A DNA stretch of 64,000 nucleotides, taken from assembly GCA_023150455.1 (NCBI GenBank), contig JAKLKW010000026.1:41982-105981 (forward strand), written 5' to 3'. Source of the stretch: Alphaproteobacteria bacterium (GTDB lineage Bacteria; Pseudomonadota; Alphaproteobacteria; JAEULC01). The position numbers were made by a program, and so were the translations under genes. The notes beneath the pieces are model-generated. The model worked only from the letters and a program-made list of their open reading frames with translations, made no database searches and was not told the DNA's origin. Shown piece after piece: positions 30,208 through 39,865 of the stretch. How positions within the stretch are numbered: the first letter of the stretch is position 1; every line of letters begins with the position of its first letter.

Positions 30208-30660
30208 ATGGCCGGCATCCGCATCCAAGAGGTCGACGACCGCGCCCTCGGCACTGCGGTCGATCTGCTCGATCGCTTCTTCCGCGAGGAAGGCTTCGGC
30301 ACGCCGCGCGCGGAGGTCGCCGCCAACGCGGCGCGCCTGCTCCGCGACCCGCATCACTGGGTGGCGCTGGCCTGGGACGGCGGCCGCGCCGTCGGCGTGG
30401 TGACGGTTTCCTCGGTGCTCTACGTCGAATGGGGGCGGCTGGGCGAGATCGGCGACCTCTATGTCCTGCCCGAGATGCGCCGGCGCGGCATCGCGCGCGC
30501 GCTGATCGAGGCCGGCATCGCGCGCTGCCGCGCGCTCGGCTGCTCCGCCGTCGGCGTGACCATCACGCCGCAGGGCGAGCGGACGCACGGCCTCGGCCGG
30601 TTCTACGCCAAGCTGGGGTTCGTCGAGCTTGGACGCGCGAGCGCGGTGCTGCGCCTGTAG
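30208..30660 (+). CDS. GNAT-family N-acetyltransferase
   Basis: Acetyl-CoA motif RRRGIARALI. An AGGGGA SD precedes the start. It is divergent from the kinase gene. Confidence 0.6.
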   Translation: MAGIRIQEVDDRALGTAVDLLDRFFREEGFGTPRAEVAANAARLLRDPHHWVALAWDGGRAVGVVTVSSVLYVEWGRLGEIGDLYVLPEMRRRGIARALIEAGIARCRALGCSAVGVTITPQGERTHGLGRFYAKLGFVELGRASAVLRL

Positions 30661-30662
30661 GC

Positions 30663-32462
30663 CTACCGGTACAGACGGTCCACCGCCGCCGGCAGGTCCT
30701 TGGGGTCGAACACCGGCAGCGAGCAGATGCGGTTGGAGCAGGCGAAGGCGGCCGGCTCGCCGAGATCGGGATACTCGACGTCGTGGTTGGGCAGCTTGCC
30801 TTTGGCCGGATCCCACCATTCCGCACGCTTGTAGGATGACGGATAGGACAGGGCCGCGGCATAGAGGCCGCGCGCCGTCCGGTCCCCGTGGCCGCCGACG
30901 ACGGTGATGTGGACGGGCTCGCGCTGCAGCTCGCGTTCGGCCAGCAGCACGCCGGGCAGGAAGTCGAGCGCGTCGATCACGGCCGGCGAGGCGAGATAGC
31001 CGAAGCCGCGCTCGGCCGCTTGGCGCCAGCGCTCGTCCCCGCTGTAGCGGTTGAGCAGATTGAGGAAGCGCACGGCGGCGACGTTCTCGTCGCGCGACTT
31101 CGCGGGCTTGCCGAGGACGCCCGAATGCGTCTCGGGCGCGCTGGTGAAGAAGCCGCCGGTCATCGGATCGGCGAAGCGCTCGACGATGAACGCGGCGGCG
31201 GCCGCCGCGCGCTCGAGCCATTCGAGGTCCGAGGTCGATCGGTAGAGCGCGAGGAAGGCCTGGCCCATGGCGAGCGTGTCGCCGAGGAACGGCCCGCCCC
31301 GGTCGGCGGGCCCGTGCGCGAAGCCGCCGCCCCGTTTCGGCTCGTTGGGCAGCGCGCGGTTGGTCGCGATCCAGCGTGCCGCCTTGACCGCGCGCTCGAG
31401 CGCCTCGCCCTCGCCGGTCGCGTCGAAATAGGCGGCCATGGCCGCGATCGCCCAGCCGTTCTCGCGTGCGTAAATGTTGGTGTCGATGCGCGGCATCGGC
31501 CGTTGGCGGCGCCCGGCGTCGTCGAGCGCGAAGAATTCGCTGCCATGGTCGCCCGGAACCGAGTCGGCGTCCTGGCTGGTGTAGAACGCGCCTTCGGGCG
31601 CGGTCAGGAAATCGACGAGGTAGCGGTAGACGCGGCCGGCGGCCTCGCGGTGCTCTTGCGCGGCCCACTGCGCATGGGCCAGCGAATAGAGCATCAGGTG
31701 CGAGGCCTGGATGCTCATGATCTTCTCGTAGTGCGGCGACTTCCAGTCGGCCTTGTCGGAGTACTGGTAGACGCCGCCCCAAGCGGGGTCGATCAGCTTG
31801 AAGGATTGCGTCAGCGTCAGCCGCGCCATGCGCTCGGCGTCCCCGTCTCCGCGCTTGGCGAGGGCGAGGGCCAGTTCCATCGCCTGCGCGTCGACGAACT
31901 TGTGCAGCTCGCCCCAGCCGCCGTTCTCGGCGTCGAAGCCCCTGCGGAAGAAGGCCTCGAGCTCGGCTTTGCGCGCGTCCGGCAGGCGCGTCGTGGCCGA
32001 GGCCTCGGTCTCGGCCGGCTGTTCGCCGTAGTTCACCGGCGAAGGATCGGCGACGACGTCCTTGAGGATGGCGAGGAACTGGCCGGGCGCGCGATAGCCG
32101 CGCAGCTTGGCGATCTCGGTGCCGTCCGGCCCGAAGATGATGGTCGCCGGCCAGCCCCAGTCCTCGTAGCGCAGCGACAGGTCGGGCCGCGAATCCTGGT
32201 CGACCCGCACGGGGATGTAGTGCTTCGCCATGATGTCGAGGACGTCGGCGTCCTTGTAGGTCGTGCCCTCCATCACGTGGCACCAATGGCACCACACGGC
32301 CTTGAGGTAGAGCACGACGAAGCGGTTTTCGCGTTTCGCCTCCTCGAATACCGCGTCCGAGAAGTCGCGCCACGCGACCGTGCCCGTTCCGGCGGCACGC
32401 GCCGGCGCGCCGCCAAAGGCGATCGCCAGAGCGATGACGAGCGTTGCCGCGATCTGCCGCAT
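30663..32462 (-). CDS. Secreted thioredoxin-domain protein, DUF255 (YyaL / SPATA20-like: thioredoxin fold plus six-hairpin glycosidase-like domain)
   Basis: Signal peptide, then a VVLYLKAVWCHWCHVM thioredoxin-like CxxC. It runs co-directionally 62 nt after the DUF2063 gene. Confidence 0.75.
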   Translation of the reverse strand: MRQIAATLVIALAIAFGGAPARAAGTGTVAWRDFSDAVFEEAKRENRFVVLYLKAVWCHWCHVMEGTTYKDADVLDIMAKHYIPVRVDQDSRPDLSLRYEDWGWPATIIFGPDGTEIAKLRGYRAPGQFLAILKDVVADPSPVNYGEQPAETEASATTRLPDARKAELEAFFRRGFDAENGGWGELHKFVDAQAMELALALAKRGDGDAERMARLTLTQSFKLIDPAWGGVYQYSDKADWKSPHYEKIMSIQASHLMLYSLAHAQWAAQEHREAAGRVYRYLVDFLTAPEGAFYTSQDADSVPGDHGSEFFALDDAGRRQRPMPRIDTNIYARENGWAIAAMAAYFDATGEGEALERAVKAARWIATNRALPNEPKRGGGFAHGPADRGGPFLGDTLAMGQAFLALYRSTSDLEWLERAAAAAAFIVERFADPMTGGFFTSAPETHSGVLGKPAKSRDENVAAVRFLNLLNRYSGDERWRQAAERGFGYLASPAVIDALDFLPGVLLAERELQREPVHITVVGGHGDRTARGLYAAALSYPSSYKRAEWWDPAKGKLPNHDVEYPDLGEPAAFACSNRICSLPVFDPKDLPAAVDRLYR

Positions 32463-32524
32463 TGGTACGGGCTCCGTCCTGCCGATGCCGCCGCTTGATA
32501 CGCGCGGCGTCCGGGCGGCGTTCT

Positions 32525-33358
32525 TCACATCGCCGCGATTCGGGTGCCCACGACCCAGCCCGATTCGACCCAGCCGCGCAGCAGCTCGGCCGCGCGCCCG
32601 CCCGCCTGGTCGGCGGGAACGAAGGCGCAGAGGCCCTCGCACAGCACCCCGAAAGCGCTGCCCTGCCGCGCCGCGTCGAGCGCCCAGGCTTCATCCTCGG
32701 TCATCGAGCGGAAGAAGGTCTCGCCGTCCCGCCGCCAGACGGCGAAGGGAACCGGTGCCGCGCGTGCCTCGGGTGGCGGAATGTCGGCATCCTCGCCCTC
32801 GGCGCCCAGCGCGTTCCACAGCTCGGGCACGGTCCAGCGCGAGACGACGGCCTGCAGCGACGGATGGAAGGCAAGGACCAGGCCCGGCCAGTCCGCCGGC
32901 GCGATGGCGGCGATGGCGGCGACGTCGAGGGGCGCGGCGTCGGCCGCGTCGAAGGCACCCGCGAGCGCCCATTCCAGCCGTGCAAGCTCCGCCAGCGCGG
33001 GCGTGGCGTGCCAGGGCGCCTGTTCGAAGAGGAAGCCGGCCAGCGCGTCGCCGAACCAGCGGATCGAGAAGTGCCGGCTGGGATGTGCCGCGATGTAGGC
33101 GCGCGCGAGGCGGTCGAAATCGTCGTCGCCCAGCACGCGCTTCAGGCGGGGAAAGTTCGTCTCCAGCGCCTCGATCAGGCGCAGCGCGTAGGCGTCGCGA
33201 TAGACGCGCAGGAGCGTCGCGGCATGGGCCTTGGCGGTGGCGCGCACCTTGCCGTCCATCGCCCGGTCGTCGCCCAGGATATAGGCCTGGAAATCCGCCT
33301 GCAGGCGTTCGAGCGGCGGCGTGTTGCTGCGCCCCGGGCCATGCGGGGAAGCGTTCAT
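32525..33358 (-). CDS. DUF2063 family protein (HvfC-like partner of DUF692 enzymes)
   Basis: Its start overlaps the DUF692 stop as ATGA. The upstream in-frame extension of the ORF is rejected. Confidence 0.65.
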   Translation of the reverse strand: MNASPHGPGRSNTPPLERLQADFQAYILGDDRAMDGKVRATAKAHAATLLRVYRDAYALRLIEALETNFPRLKRVLGDDDFDRLARAYIAAHPSRHFSIRWFGDALAGFLFEQAPWHATPALAELARLEWALAGAFDAADAAPLDVAAIAAIAPADWPGLVLAFHPSLQAVVSRWTVPELWNALGAEGEDADIPPPEARAAPVPFAVWRRDGETFFRSMTEDEAWALDAARQGSAFGVLCEGLCAFVPADQAGGRAAELLRGWVESGWVVGTRIAAM

Positions 33359-34197
33359 GCGGCGCGGCTGGCGAGCGCTTGCGCCGCGACCGCGCGCATT
33401 CGGTCCACCTCGCGCAGAAGCTCCGGCAAGGGCGGGATGTTGGCGTCGCGTTCGATCATCGCCGGCACCGGGCCGAAGCGTCGCACCGCCTCGGCGAACA
33501 GCGCCCAGACCGGGTCGATCACGTCGTGATCGTGCGTGTCGATGATGTGGCTGCCGTTGTTCTGGTGCCCGGCCAGGTGGAACTGGCGCACACACTTGGG
33601 CGGCACGGCGGCCAGGTAGTCGAGCGCGTCGAACTCGTGGTTGAAGGCACTGACATAGATGTTGTTCACGTCGAGCAGGATGTCGCAGTCCGCGGCTTCG
33701 GCGACCGCCGCCAGAAACTCCCATTCCGGCACGGCGGAGAAGCTGTAGTCGACATAGCTCGACACGTTCTCCAGCGCGATGCGCCGGCCGAGGAATTCCT
33801 GCACGCGGCGCACGCGCTCGGCGATGTGCGCGACAGCCTCTTCGGTGTGCGGCACCGGCAGCAGGTCGTGCATGTTGAGGCCCGCCGAGCCGGTCCAGCA
33901 CAGATGGTCCGAGATCAGCGCGGGCTCGATCCGCCGCGCCAGCGCACGGACCTGCTCGAGGTAGTCCAGGTCGAGCGGGTCGGTCGATCCGATCGACAGC
34001 GACACGCCATGCATGACGACTGGGTAGTTCGCGCGGATGCGCTCGAGATGGGCAAGCGGCGGCCCGCCGGGAACCAGGTAGTTCTCGGTCAGGATCTCGA
34101 GCCAGTCGAGCTTCGGTCGGGTCTCCTGGATCGCTTCGTAGTGGTCGGTGCGAAGCCCCAGGCCGAATCCGCCGAACGCGCGGGCGGGGGCGGTCAT
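33355..34197 (-). CDS. DUF692 family protein (MbnB/HvfB-like multinuclear-iron TIM-barrel enzyme)
   Basis: 280 aa with xylose-isomerase-like TIM-barrel signatures (LDWLEIL..., HLAGH). Confidence 0.8.
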   Translation of the reverse strand: MTAPARAFGGFGLGLRTDHYEAIQETRPKLDWLEILTENYLVPGGPPLAHLERIRANYPVVMHGVSLSIGSTDPLDLDYLEQVRALARRIEPALISDHLCWTGSAGLNMHDLLPVPHTEEAVAHIAERVRRVQEFLGRRIALENVSSYVDYSFSAVPEWEFLAAVAEAADCDILLDVNNIYVSAFNHEFDALDYLAAVPPKCVRQFHLAGHQNNGSHIIDTHDHDVIDPVWALFAEAVRRFGPVPAMIERDANIPPLPELLREVDRMRAVAAQALASRAA

Positions 34198-34300
34198 GAA
34201 AACACCATAGCCCGAAACGGAGCGGGCGCCCGGACCTTTCGGTCGGGACGCCCGGCCCGTCAGTCCGTATCGGACGTGGCCGAAAGGACGTCGTTCGTGG

Positions 34301-34549
34301 TCAGCTGACCTTGCCGCCCGACTTCTCGCACGCGGCCTTGTCCTTCGCTTCGGTCCAGCCCTTGCCCTTGCACGCGTTCATGCCCTTGCAGGCGCTCGAC
34401 GCGGTCTTGCAGGCGCTCTGGCCCTTGCAGGCGTTGCCGCCCACGCACTTCACGCCCGCGGCCTGGGCCGGGGTGATGGTGCTCACGATGCCCGCGGTCA
34501 GAAACGCGGCAGCCGCGGTGGCGGCGAGGACGATGCCAGTCTTCGACAT
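34301..34549 (-). CDS. DUF2282-like small secreted Cys-rich peptide (HvfA-like precursor) with four A-C-K-G/T repeats
   Basis: 82 aa. Signal peptide, then [32 protein letters not shown]...CEKSGG. Confidence 0.7.
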   Translation of the reverse strand: MSKTGIVLAATAAAAFLTAGIVSTITPAQAAGVKCVGGNACKGQSACKTASSACKGMNACKGKGWTEAKDKAACEKSGGKVS

Positions 34550-34916
34550 GATTCACTTCCCTTGAATGTTAGTTGCGGTGGATCGCGAGAACCGTTGCGA
34601 TCATAGCTTTTACGCAAGACGGATGGGAATGGATGCCCGGAGCGGGAGCAGGCCCCGTCGCACGGGCCGCGCCCGTCTTGCTGCGATGCAGCATAACACG
34701 CCATCCGATCAACATTATCAAACGATAACCAAGGTTGCGGCGCCGCATTCTGGATCGAGGGCTTGGCTGCACGCGCAGCCGCTGAAGGTGCGGTCGTCGT
34801 TTCACAAAGCCGTGCGCGACCGGTGACTGAGTGGACAGGCGAAGCTTGCGGCGCCATGGCCGACCGGGCGAACTCCGCAGTTGAGAAGTTTCGTCCGATC
34901 CCCGATACAACCGCGC

Positions 34917-36566
34917 ATGCGTTACCCGCGGCCGCTCGACGATCTTCCACCGCGCCGCGTGAGGACGGCCAAGCTGTGCTTCATGCTCGGCATGCCGCTC
35001 GGCTTCGGCATTCTGTCGGTCCTGCTGCGGCAGGACTACAACTGGGATTTGCTCAACTATCACTACTACAATTCCTTCGCGTGGCTGAACGGCCGCTACG
35101 GACACGACATCGACGCGGCGGTGACGCCGAACGGCCATTTCAATCCGCTGCTGCACCTGCCCTGGTATCTGGCGATCGGCGCGGTGCCGCCGAAGCTGAT
35201 CGGCTTTGCCATCGGCGCCGTGCAGGGCCTGAACGCGGTCCTGCTGTTCGCGATCGCGCGCGCCGTGCTGCCGGCCGCGAGCGCCGCGCAGCGCGAGCTG
35301 GCGGCGCTGGCGCTGGCGTTCGTCGGCATGCTCGGCGCCGGCAACCTGAGCGAGATCGGCACCAGCTTCGCCGACAACATCCTGAGCCTGCCGGTCCTCG
35401 GCGGACTGCTGCTGCTGGTCGCCGAGCCCGAACGCCTGGCGCACGGGCGCATCGGTCCGCCGCTCGCGATTGCCGCCGGCGCCGGCATGCTGGTCGGGCT
35501 CGTCGCCGGCTTGAAGCCCACGATGTGGCTCTACGGCGTGGGCATGGGCTTCGCCTGCCTGAGCCTGCCGGCGACGCCGGGCCGGCGCATCGCGATCGCC
35601 GCCGGGATGTCCGCAGGCGCGCTGGCCGGCGCGGCCACCAGCGGCGGCTTCTGGATGGTGGAGCTGTGGCATCGCTACGCCAATCCGATGTTCCCGTTCT
35701 TCAACAACTGGTTCCGTTCGCCTTGGGCGGCGCCGTTGAGCAACAACAATCTCACCTACCTGCCCAAGGGCTTCTTCGATGCGCTGACGCGGCCGCTGCG
35801 CTTTCCGTTCAACCATCGGCTCGGCAGCGAGATCAGGCTGGTGGATTGGCGACTCCCGCTGCTCTATGCGCTGGGCTGGGCCGGGATCGCGGCCGCGGTG
35901 CTCGCCGCCGCGCGCGGGCGGCTCGGCGCGATGGCGCGCGCCGATGTCGGGCGCTCCGCGATGATGCTGGCCTGGCTCGCCGGGAGCTTCGCCGCGTGGC
36001 TCGTCATGTTCGGCATCTATCGCTATGCCGTGGCGATCGAGATGCTGGCGCCGATCGGCATCGTGCTGCTGCTCGACCGTCTGGGCCTTGGCGGACGGCG
36101 CCTGGCAGGCAGCGCCGCCGCCGCGATGCTGGTGCTGGTCGCGACCACGCGCGTCGCCGGCTGGGGACACGTGCCGTGGAGCGCGCATCATTTCGGCGTC
36201 GAGCCGCCGGCCCTAGCCGATCCGGCGCGCACGCTGGTCGTGCTGCCGGCGACCGAGCCGGCGGGGTTCGTCGTGCCGTTCTTCCCGCGCCCGGTCCGCT
36301 TCGTGCGCGTGTCGCGCTGGCCGCCGGTGTGGACCGATCCGCCGACGGGCATGGAACGTCTGGCGTTCGACATCGTCGCGCGGCACGACGGGCCGATCTA
36401 TGCGCTGTTCCGCTCGAGCGAGCACTACGCCGCGATGGAAGCGCTGGAGCGGCGCGGCCTGGCGCTCAGGCGCGGCGCCTGCGAACGGCTGGTCGTCCGC
36501 GCCGAGATGCACAAGCGCGATGGGCTCCTGTTCTGCGCGCTCGACCGGATCGCGAAGGCAAACTGA
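34917..36566 (+). CDS. Polytopic membrane protein, GT87/DUF2029-like glycosyltransferase fold (start uncertain, 34881-34983)
   Basis: Many TM segments. The WDLLNYHYYN...HFNPLLHLPWY region is typical of this family. Confidence 0.5.
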   Translation: MRYPRPLDDLPPRRVRTAKLCFMLGMPLGFGILSVLLRQDYNWDLLNYHYYNSFAWLNGRYGHDIDAAVTPNGHFNPLLHLPWYLAIGAVPPKLIGFAIGAVQGLNAVLLFAIARAVLPAASAAQRELAALALAFVGMLGAGNLSEIGTSFADNILSLPVLGGLLLLVAEPERLAHGRIGPPLAIAAGAGMLVGLVAGLKPTMWLYGVGMGFACLSLPATPGRRIAIAAGMSAGALAGAATSGGFWMVELWHRYANPMFPFFNNWFRSPWAAPLSNNNLTYLPKGFFDALTRPLRFPFNHRLGSEIRLVDWRLPLLYALGWAGIAAAVLAAARGRLGAMARADVGRSAMMLAWLAGSFAAWLVMFGIYRYAVAIEMLAPIGIVLLLDRLGLGGRRLAGSAAAAMLVLVATTRVAGWGHVPWSAHHFGVEPPALADPARTLVVLPATEPAGFVVPFFPRPVRFVRVSRWPPVWTDPPTGMERLAFDIVARHDGPIYALFRSSEHYAAMEALERRGLALRRGACERLVVRAEMHKRDGLLFCALDRIAKAN

Positions 36567-36577
36567 GGGAATTCGAC

Positions 36578-36901
36578 ATGGCTTGGATGACGTTGCTCGT
36601 CGCCGGCGTGCTGGAGATCGGCTGGGCCGTTGGCTTGAAGTACACGGACGGCTTCACGCGCCTGAAGCCGAGCCTGTTCGTCGCGGTTTGCACCGTGTTC
36701 AGCTTCCTGTTCCTGGCGCATGCCGCGCGCACGATCCCGATCGGCACCGCCTATGCCGTCTTCACCGGCATCGGCGCCGCCGGCACAGCCCTGTTCGGCA
36801 TCCTGATCCTGGGCGAGTCCCGCGACTGGCCGCGCCTCGTCGCGATCGCCACGATCGTCCTCGGGGTGATCGCGCTGAAGCTGGTGAGCCAGGAGGCGTA
36901 G
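36578..36901 (+). CDS. sugE: SMR-family transporter, Gdx/SugE-type (guanidinium exporter)
   Basis: Near-identical motif pattern to SugE (LLEIGWAVGLKYTDGF...PIGTAYAVFTGIGAAG). It starts 11 nt after the upstream gene. Confidence 0.8.
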   Translation: MAWMTLLVAGVLEIGWAVGLKYTDGFTRLKPSLFVAVCTVFSFLFLAHAARTIPIGTAYAVFTGIGAAGTALFGILILGESRDWPRLVAIATIVLGVIALKLVSQEA

Positions 36902-36975
36902 GCGGACTCATTCCCTCGACAAGCGCGGGATGACGACGTTTCGTTGAGCCTCGTGCTGGGCTTGGCGAAGGACGT

Positions 36976-38127
36976 TCAGCGCCGCTCCCAGACGAGCGCG
37001 TCGACCAGCGCGCGGGCGACGATGGCATTGCCGGCGCCGGCGAAGTGCGAGGAGTCGATGAACAGCTCCTGCGCGGCCGGCACGTCGGCGAACAGGCGCG
37101 AGAGATCGAGGAAGCGGTAGTTTGGCGCGTCGATCGAGCCGAGCGCCGCGCGCATGCGGCCGAAGCATTCGCTCCATATCTGCGGCCATTCGGGGTTGCG
37201 CTGGCGCACGCGCTCCTCGCGTACGGTCGGCGTCTTGCCCATGGTGAAGATGTTGGGCTGCAGCGCGAAGACCAGCTCGGCGCCGGCCTGGCCGGCGGCG
37301 AAGGCGGCGTGGACGACGTTGCGCCGGGCGCGGGCGGCAACGGTCGCGCAATCGGCCTTGTGCTCGGTCAGGATGCGCGTCGGCCCGACCGGCGGCAGGC
37401 CGACGCGCTGGTGAACCTGGTTCAGAAGCGCGATGTAGTGCTGGTCGTAGAAGGTGAAGAACCAGCTCACGTCGCTGAAATACTGGCCCCACAGCACGTC
37501 GTTGAAGCCGGAGAGCATCACGATGCGGTCGGGCGCCAGGTCGGCGATCCGGTTCTCGATCATGATACGCTCGTGCGTCGTCGACCAGGCGGGCACGGCG
37601 ACGGTCACCGCCTCGTAGTCGAGGCCGCTCTTGGGCTTGAGGTCGCGGTTGAGCATCGCCTCGAGCTGGCCGGCGATGATGCGGTCGTCGCCTTCCGCGC
37701 CGGAGCCGAAGGCGGTCGAGCCGCCGGTCAAGAACAGGCGGTAGGTCCGCGCGGGCTTCGGCATGTAGCGCTGGCGCCGGTCGCGGAAGCCGAAGGAATT
37801 GATCTCGGCGTTGGCGAAGCGGCCGGGCCGCGCGATCGCGCCGACGAACGGCGCGGGCATGCCGGGCGGGACCCAGGCGATCTTGTCGAGCTCGCGCTCC
37901 TGGCCCGGCTTCAGGCCGTAGATCGCGAGGATGCCCGGCATGTCCTCTTCGGGCATGCGCACATGGCGGAGGCCGCCGAGCAGCGTCTCGGTGCGACGCT
38001 CCTCGTCGATCATGCGCTGGAAGCGGTAGGCGGCGGTCTTGAGGCCGCCGAAGAACCCCAGCGCCAAGGTGAGCGCCAGGACGGCACAGAGAATTGCTGC
38101 CAGCGCCCATTCCAGGCGGCGCGACAT
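36976..38127 (-). CDS. Membrane-anchored SGNH/GDSL-like hydrolase family protein
   Basis: N-terminal TM segment followed by an SGNH-like esterase fold (LTGGSTAFGSG). Confidence 0.5.
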   Translation of the reverse strand: MSRRLEWALAAILCAVLALTLALGFFGGLKTAAYRFQRMIDEERRTETLLGGLRHVRMPEEDMPGILAIYGLKPGQERELDKIAWVPPGMPAPFVGAIARPGRFANAEINSFGFRDRRQRYMPKPARTYRLFLTGGSTAFGSGAEGDDRIIAGQLEAMLNRDLKPKSGLDYEAVTVAVPAWSTTHERIMIENRIADLAPDRIVMLSGFNDVLWGQYFSDVSWFFTFYDQHYIALLNQVHQRVGLPPVGPTRILTEHKADCATVAARARRNVVHAAFAAGQAGAELVFALQPNIFTMGKTPTVREERVRQRNPEWPQIWSECFGRMRAALGSIDAPNYRFLDLSRLFADVPAAQELFIDSSHFAGAGNAIVARALVDALVWERR

Positions 38128-38135
38128 CGCGGACG

Positions 38136-38669
38136 TCAGTCGCCGACGAGCTTGGAGAGCGGCACCGAGTAGGTGAGTGTCAGCGTCTCGACGCCCGGGT
38201 TCCTGTCGCCGAGGCTCGCATTCGACAAATGCGCGATGCCCAGGCTGAGGCGCGAATAGTCGTCGAAGCGGTAGGCGATCTCGGCGGAGGAGCGGAACTC
38301 GAGCTCGAAGCCGAGGTCGCGCCCGTTACCTTCGTGATAGACGCCCGGCGAGAAGCTGGGCGTGAACACGAAGCGGTCGCCGAAATAGACGTCAAGCCGG
38401 ATGCCGGCGTAGAGATAGAAGCCGCCCTTCGAGGTGCCGAACATGCCGGCCTGCGGCTTGAACCACCACAGCTTCTTGTTCGAGCGGTACTCGAGGTTGA
38501 GCAGAGCGGCCGTATCCTTGTTCTGGACGACGTCCCACCAGCCCGCACCGAATGCCAGCGCGTCCGGGTCGCTGTCGCTGTCGAGCGATTGCGCAGCCGC
38601 CGGCACGGCGAGGGACAACCCGGCCAGGACGGCAAGGCCCCATACGACGATCCGAAGTCGAGCGCGCAC
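38136..38669 (-). CDS. PagL-like lipid A 3-O-deacylase / acyloxyacyl hydrolase family outer-membrane protein
   Basis: Signal peptide and a C-terminal HLSNA catalytic motif. GTG start. It lies 8 nt upstream of the SGNH gene. Confidence 0.55.
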   Translation of the reverse strand: MRARLRIVVWGLAVLAGLSLAVPAAAQSLDSDSDPDALAFGAGWWDVVQNKDTAALLNLEYRSNKKLWWFKPQAGMFGTSKGGFYLYAGIRLDVYFGDRFVFTPSFSPGVYHEGNGRDLGFELEFRSSAEIAYRFDDYSRLSLGIAHLSNASLGDRNPGVETLTLTYSVPLSKLVGD

Positions 38670-38867
38670 CCTGTACCTATCTCCCGGTCTCGGCCGCGGT
38701 TCGGGTCCGCGGTCCCATTCGCGTGCGGAAACATAGCGTTGAGCGGGGGTACGAAACCATCCCGGCAACAGGCCGGAATGGGGCTCCGGCCGAGATACGA
38801 CCCGCCTGTTGCCAAAATGCAACTATATCCCCTTGACACATGTAAGCCCGTTTGGTAGCTTCGGGGC

Positions 38868-39770
38868 ATGAAACAGAAGCCGCCCACCATCCGTCAGTTC
38901 CTGGTTCAGTTCCCGACCGATGATGCGTGTCTGGATCACTTGATGCGCGTCCGCTACGGCGACCGCTTCGCCTGTTCCAAGTGCGGCCGGGAAGCGCACT
39001 ACTACCGGGTCAAGACGCGGCGTTGCTACGAGTGCGAGTTCTGCGCCAATCAGATTTATCCGACCGCTGGCACGCCGTTCGAAAAGACGCGGACCAGCCT
39101 CAAGGATTGGTACTACGTCATGTTCCTGTTCTGCGCGACGCGGAACGGAGTCAGTTCCAAGGAAGTGCAGCGCCAGCTCGGCGTGACTTATAAGACCGCT
39201 TGGCGCATGACGCACGAAATTCGCAAGTACATGGGCGCAGTGGACGGCGATTTCCCGATGGGCGGCAGCGACGACGGCGAGCCGGTTGTCGAAATCGACA
39301 AGACGTTCATCGGCGGCAAGCACCCGCGCAAGGCGAACAAGCGCAAGGCCGTGGTGCTGGGCATGGTCGAGCGCGGCGGCGATGTGATCTCCAAGGTCGT
39401 GCGCGACCGCAGCAAGAAAAGCGTGCTACCGCACATCAAGGAATGGGTTGAGGAAGGCTCGCGCGTCGCCACGGACGAAGCCAAGGCTTTCGCTGATCTA
39501 CATGAGGACGGCTACCAGCACGCGACCGTCAATCACACTGAGAAAGAGTACGTGCGCGGCGACGTGCACACGAACACGATCGAGTCCTACTGGTCAGCCG
39601 TGAAGCGGACGATCAAGGGGACTTACGTTTGGGTTTCGAAGAAGCACCTGCAAAAGTACCTGTGGGAGTGCGAGTACCGGCATAATCTGCGCCGCTCGCC
39701 TCACCTGATGTTTGACGTGCTGTTGGCTTCTTTCCCGAAGCCGGCAGCATTCCCCGCGCCATCGCACTAA
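38868..39770 (+). CDS. IS1595-family transposase (N-terminal zinc ribbon plus DDE domain)
   Basis: The N-terminus MKQKPPTIRQFLVQFPTDDACLDHLMRVRYGDRFACSKCG is typical of the family. Confidence 0.85.
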   Translation: MKQKPPTIRQFLVQFPTDDACLDHLMRVRYGDRFACSKCGREAHYYRVKTRRCYECEFCANQIYPTAGTPFEKTRTSLKDWYYVMFLFCATRNGVSSKEVQRQLGVTYKTAWRMTHEIRKYMGAVDGDFPMGGSDDGEPVVEIDKTFIGGKHPRKANKRKAVVLGMVERGGDVISKVVRDRSKKSVLPHIKEWVEEGSRVATDEAKAFADLHEDGYQHATVNHTEKEYVRGDVHTNTIESYWSAVKRTIKGTYVWVSKKHLQKYLWECEYRHNLRRSPHLMFDVLLASFPKPAAFPAPSH

Positions 39771-39865
39771 GGAGACGATCAAATCGTTGCTCGATGGGAA
39801 GTTTCGATTTGTTGCTCATCTTAGTTTCGCATCGCTGATGTAAAGACTGACAATCTCACCATCCT

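Noticed and set aside
29446-32694. 1082-aa minus-strand ORF across the GNAT/DUF255 region; also the 474-aa, 594-aa and 745-aa ORFs antisense to annotated genes (2304-3728, 3784-5568, 24720-26957)
   Set aside because: All are antisense or offset-frame shadows of better-supported genes. They have homopolymeric Arg/Pro/Gly stretches and no domain signatures.
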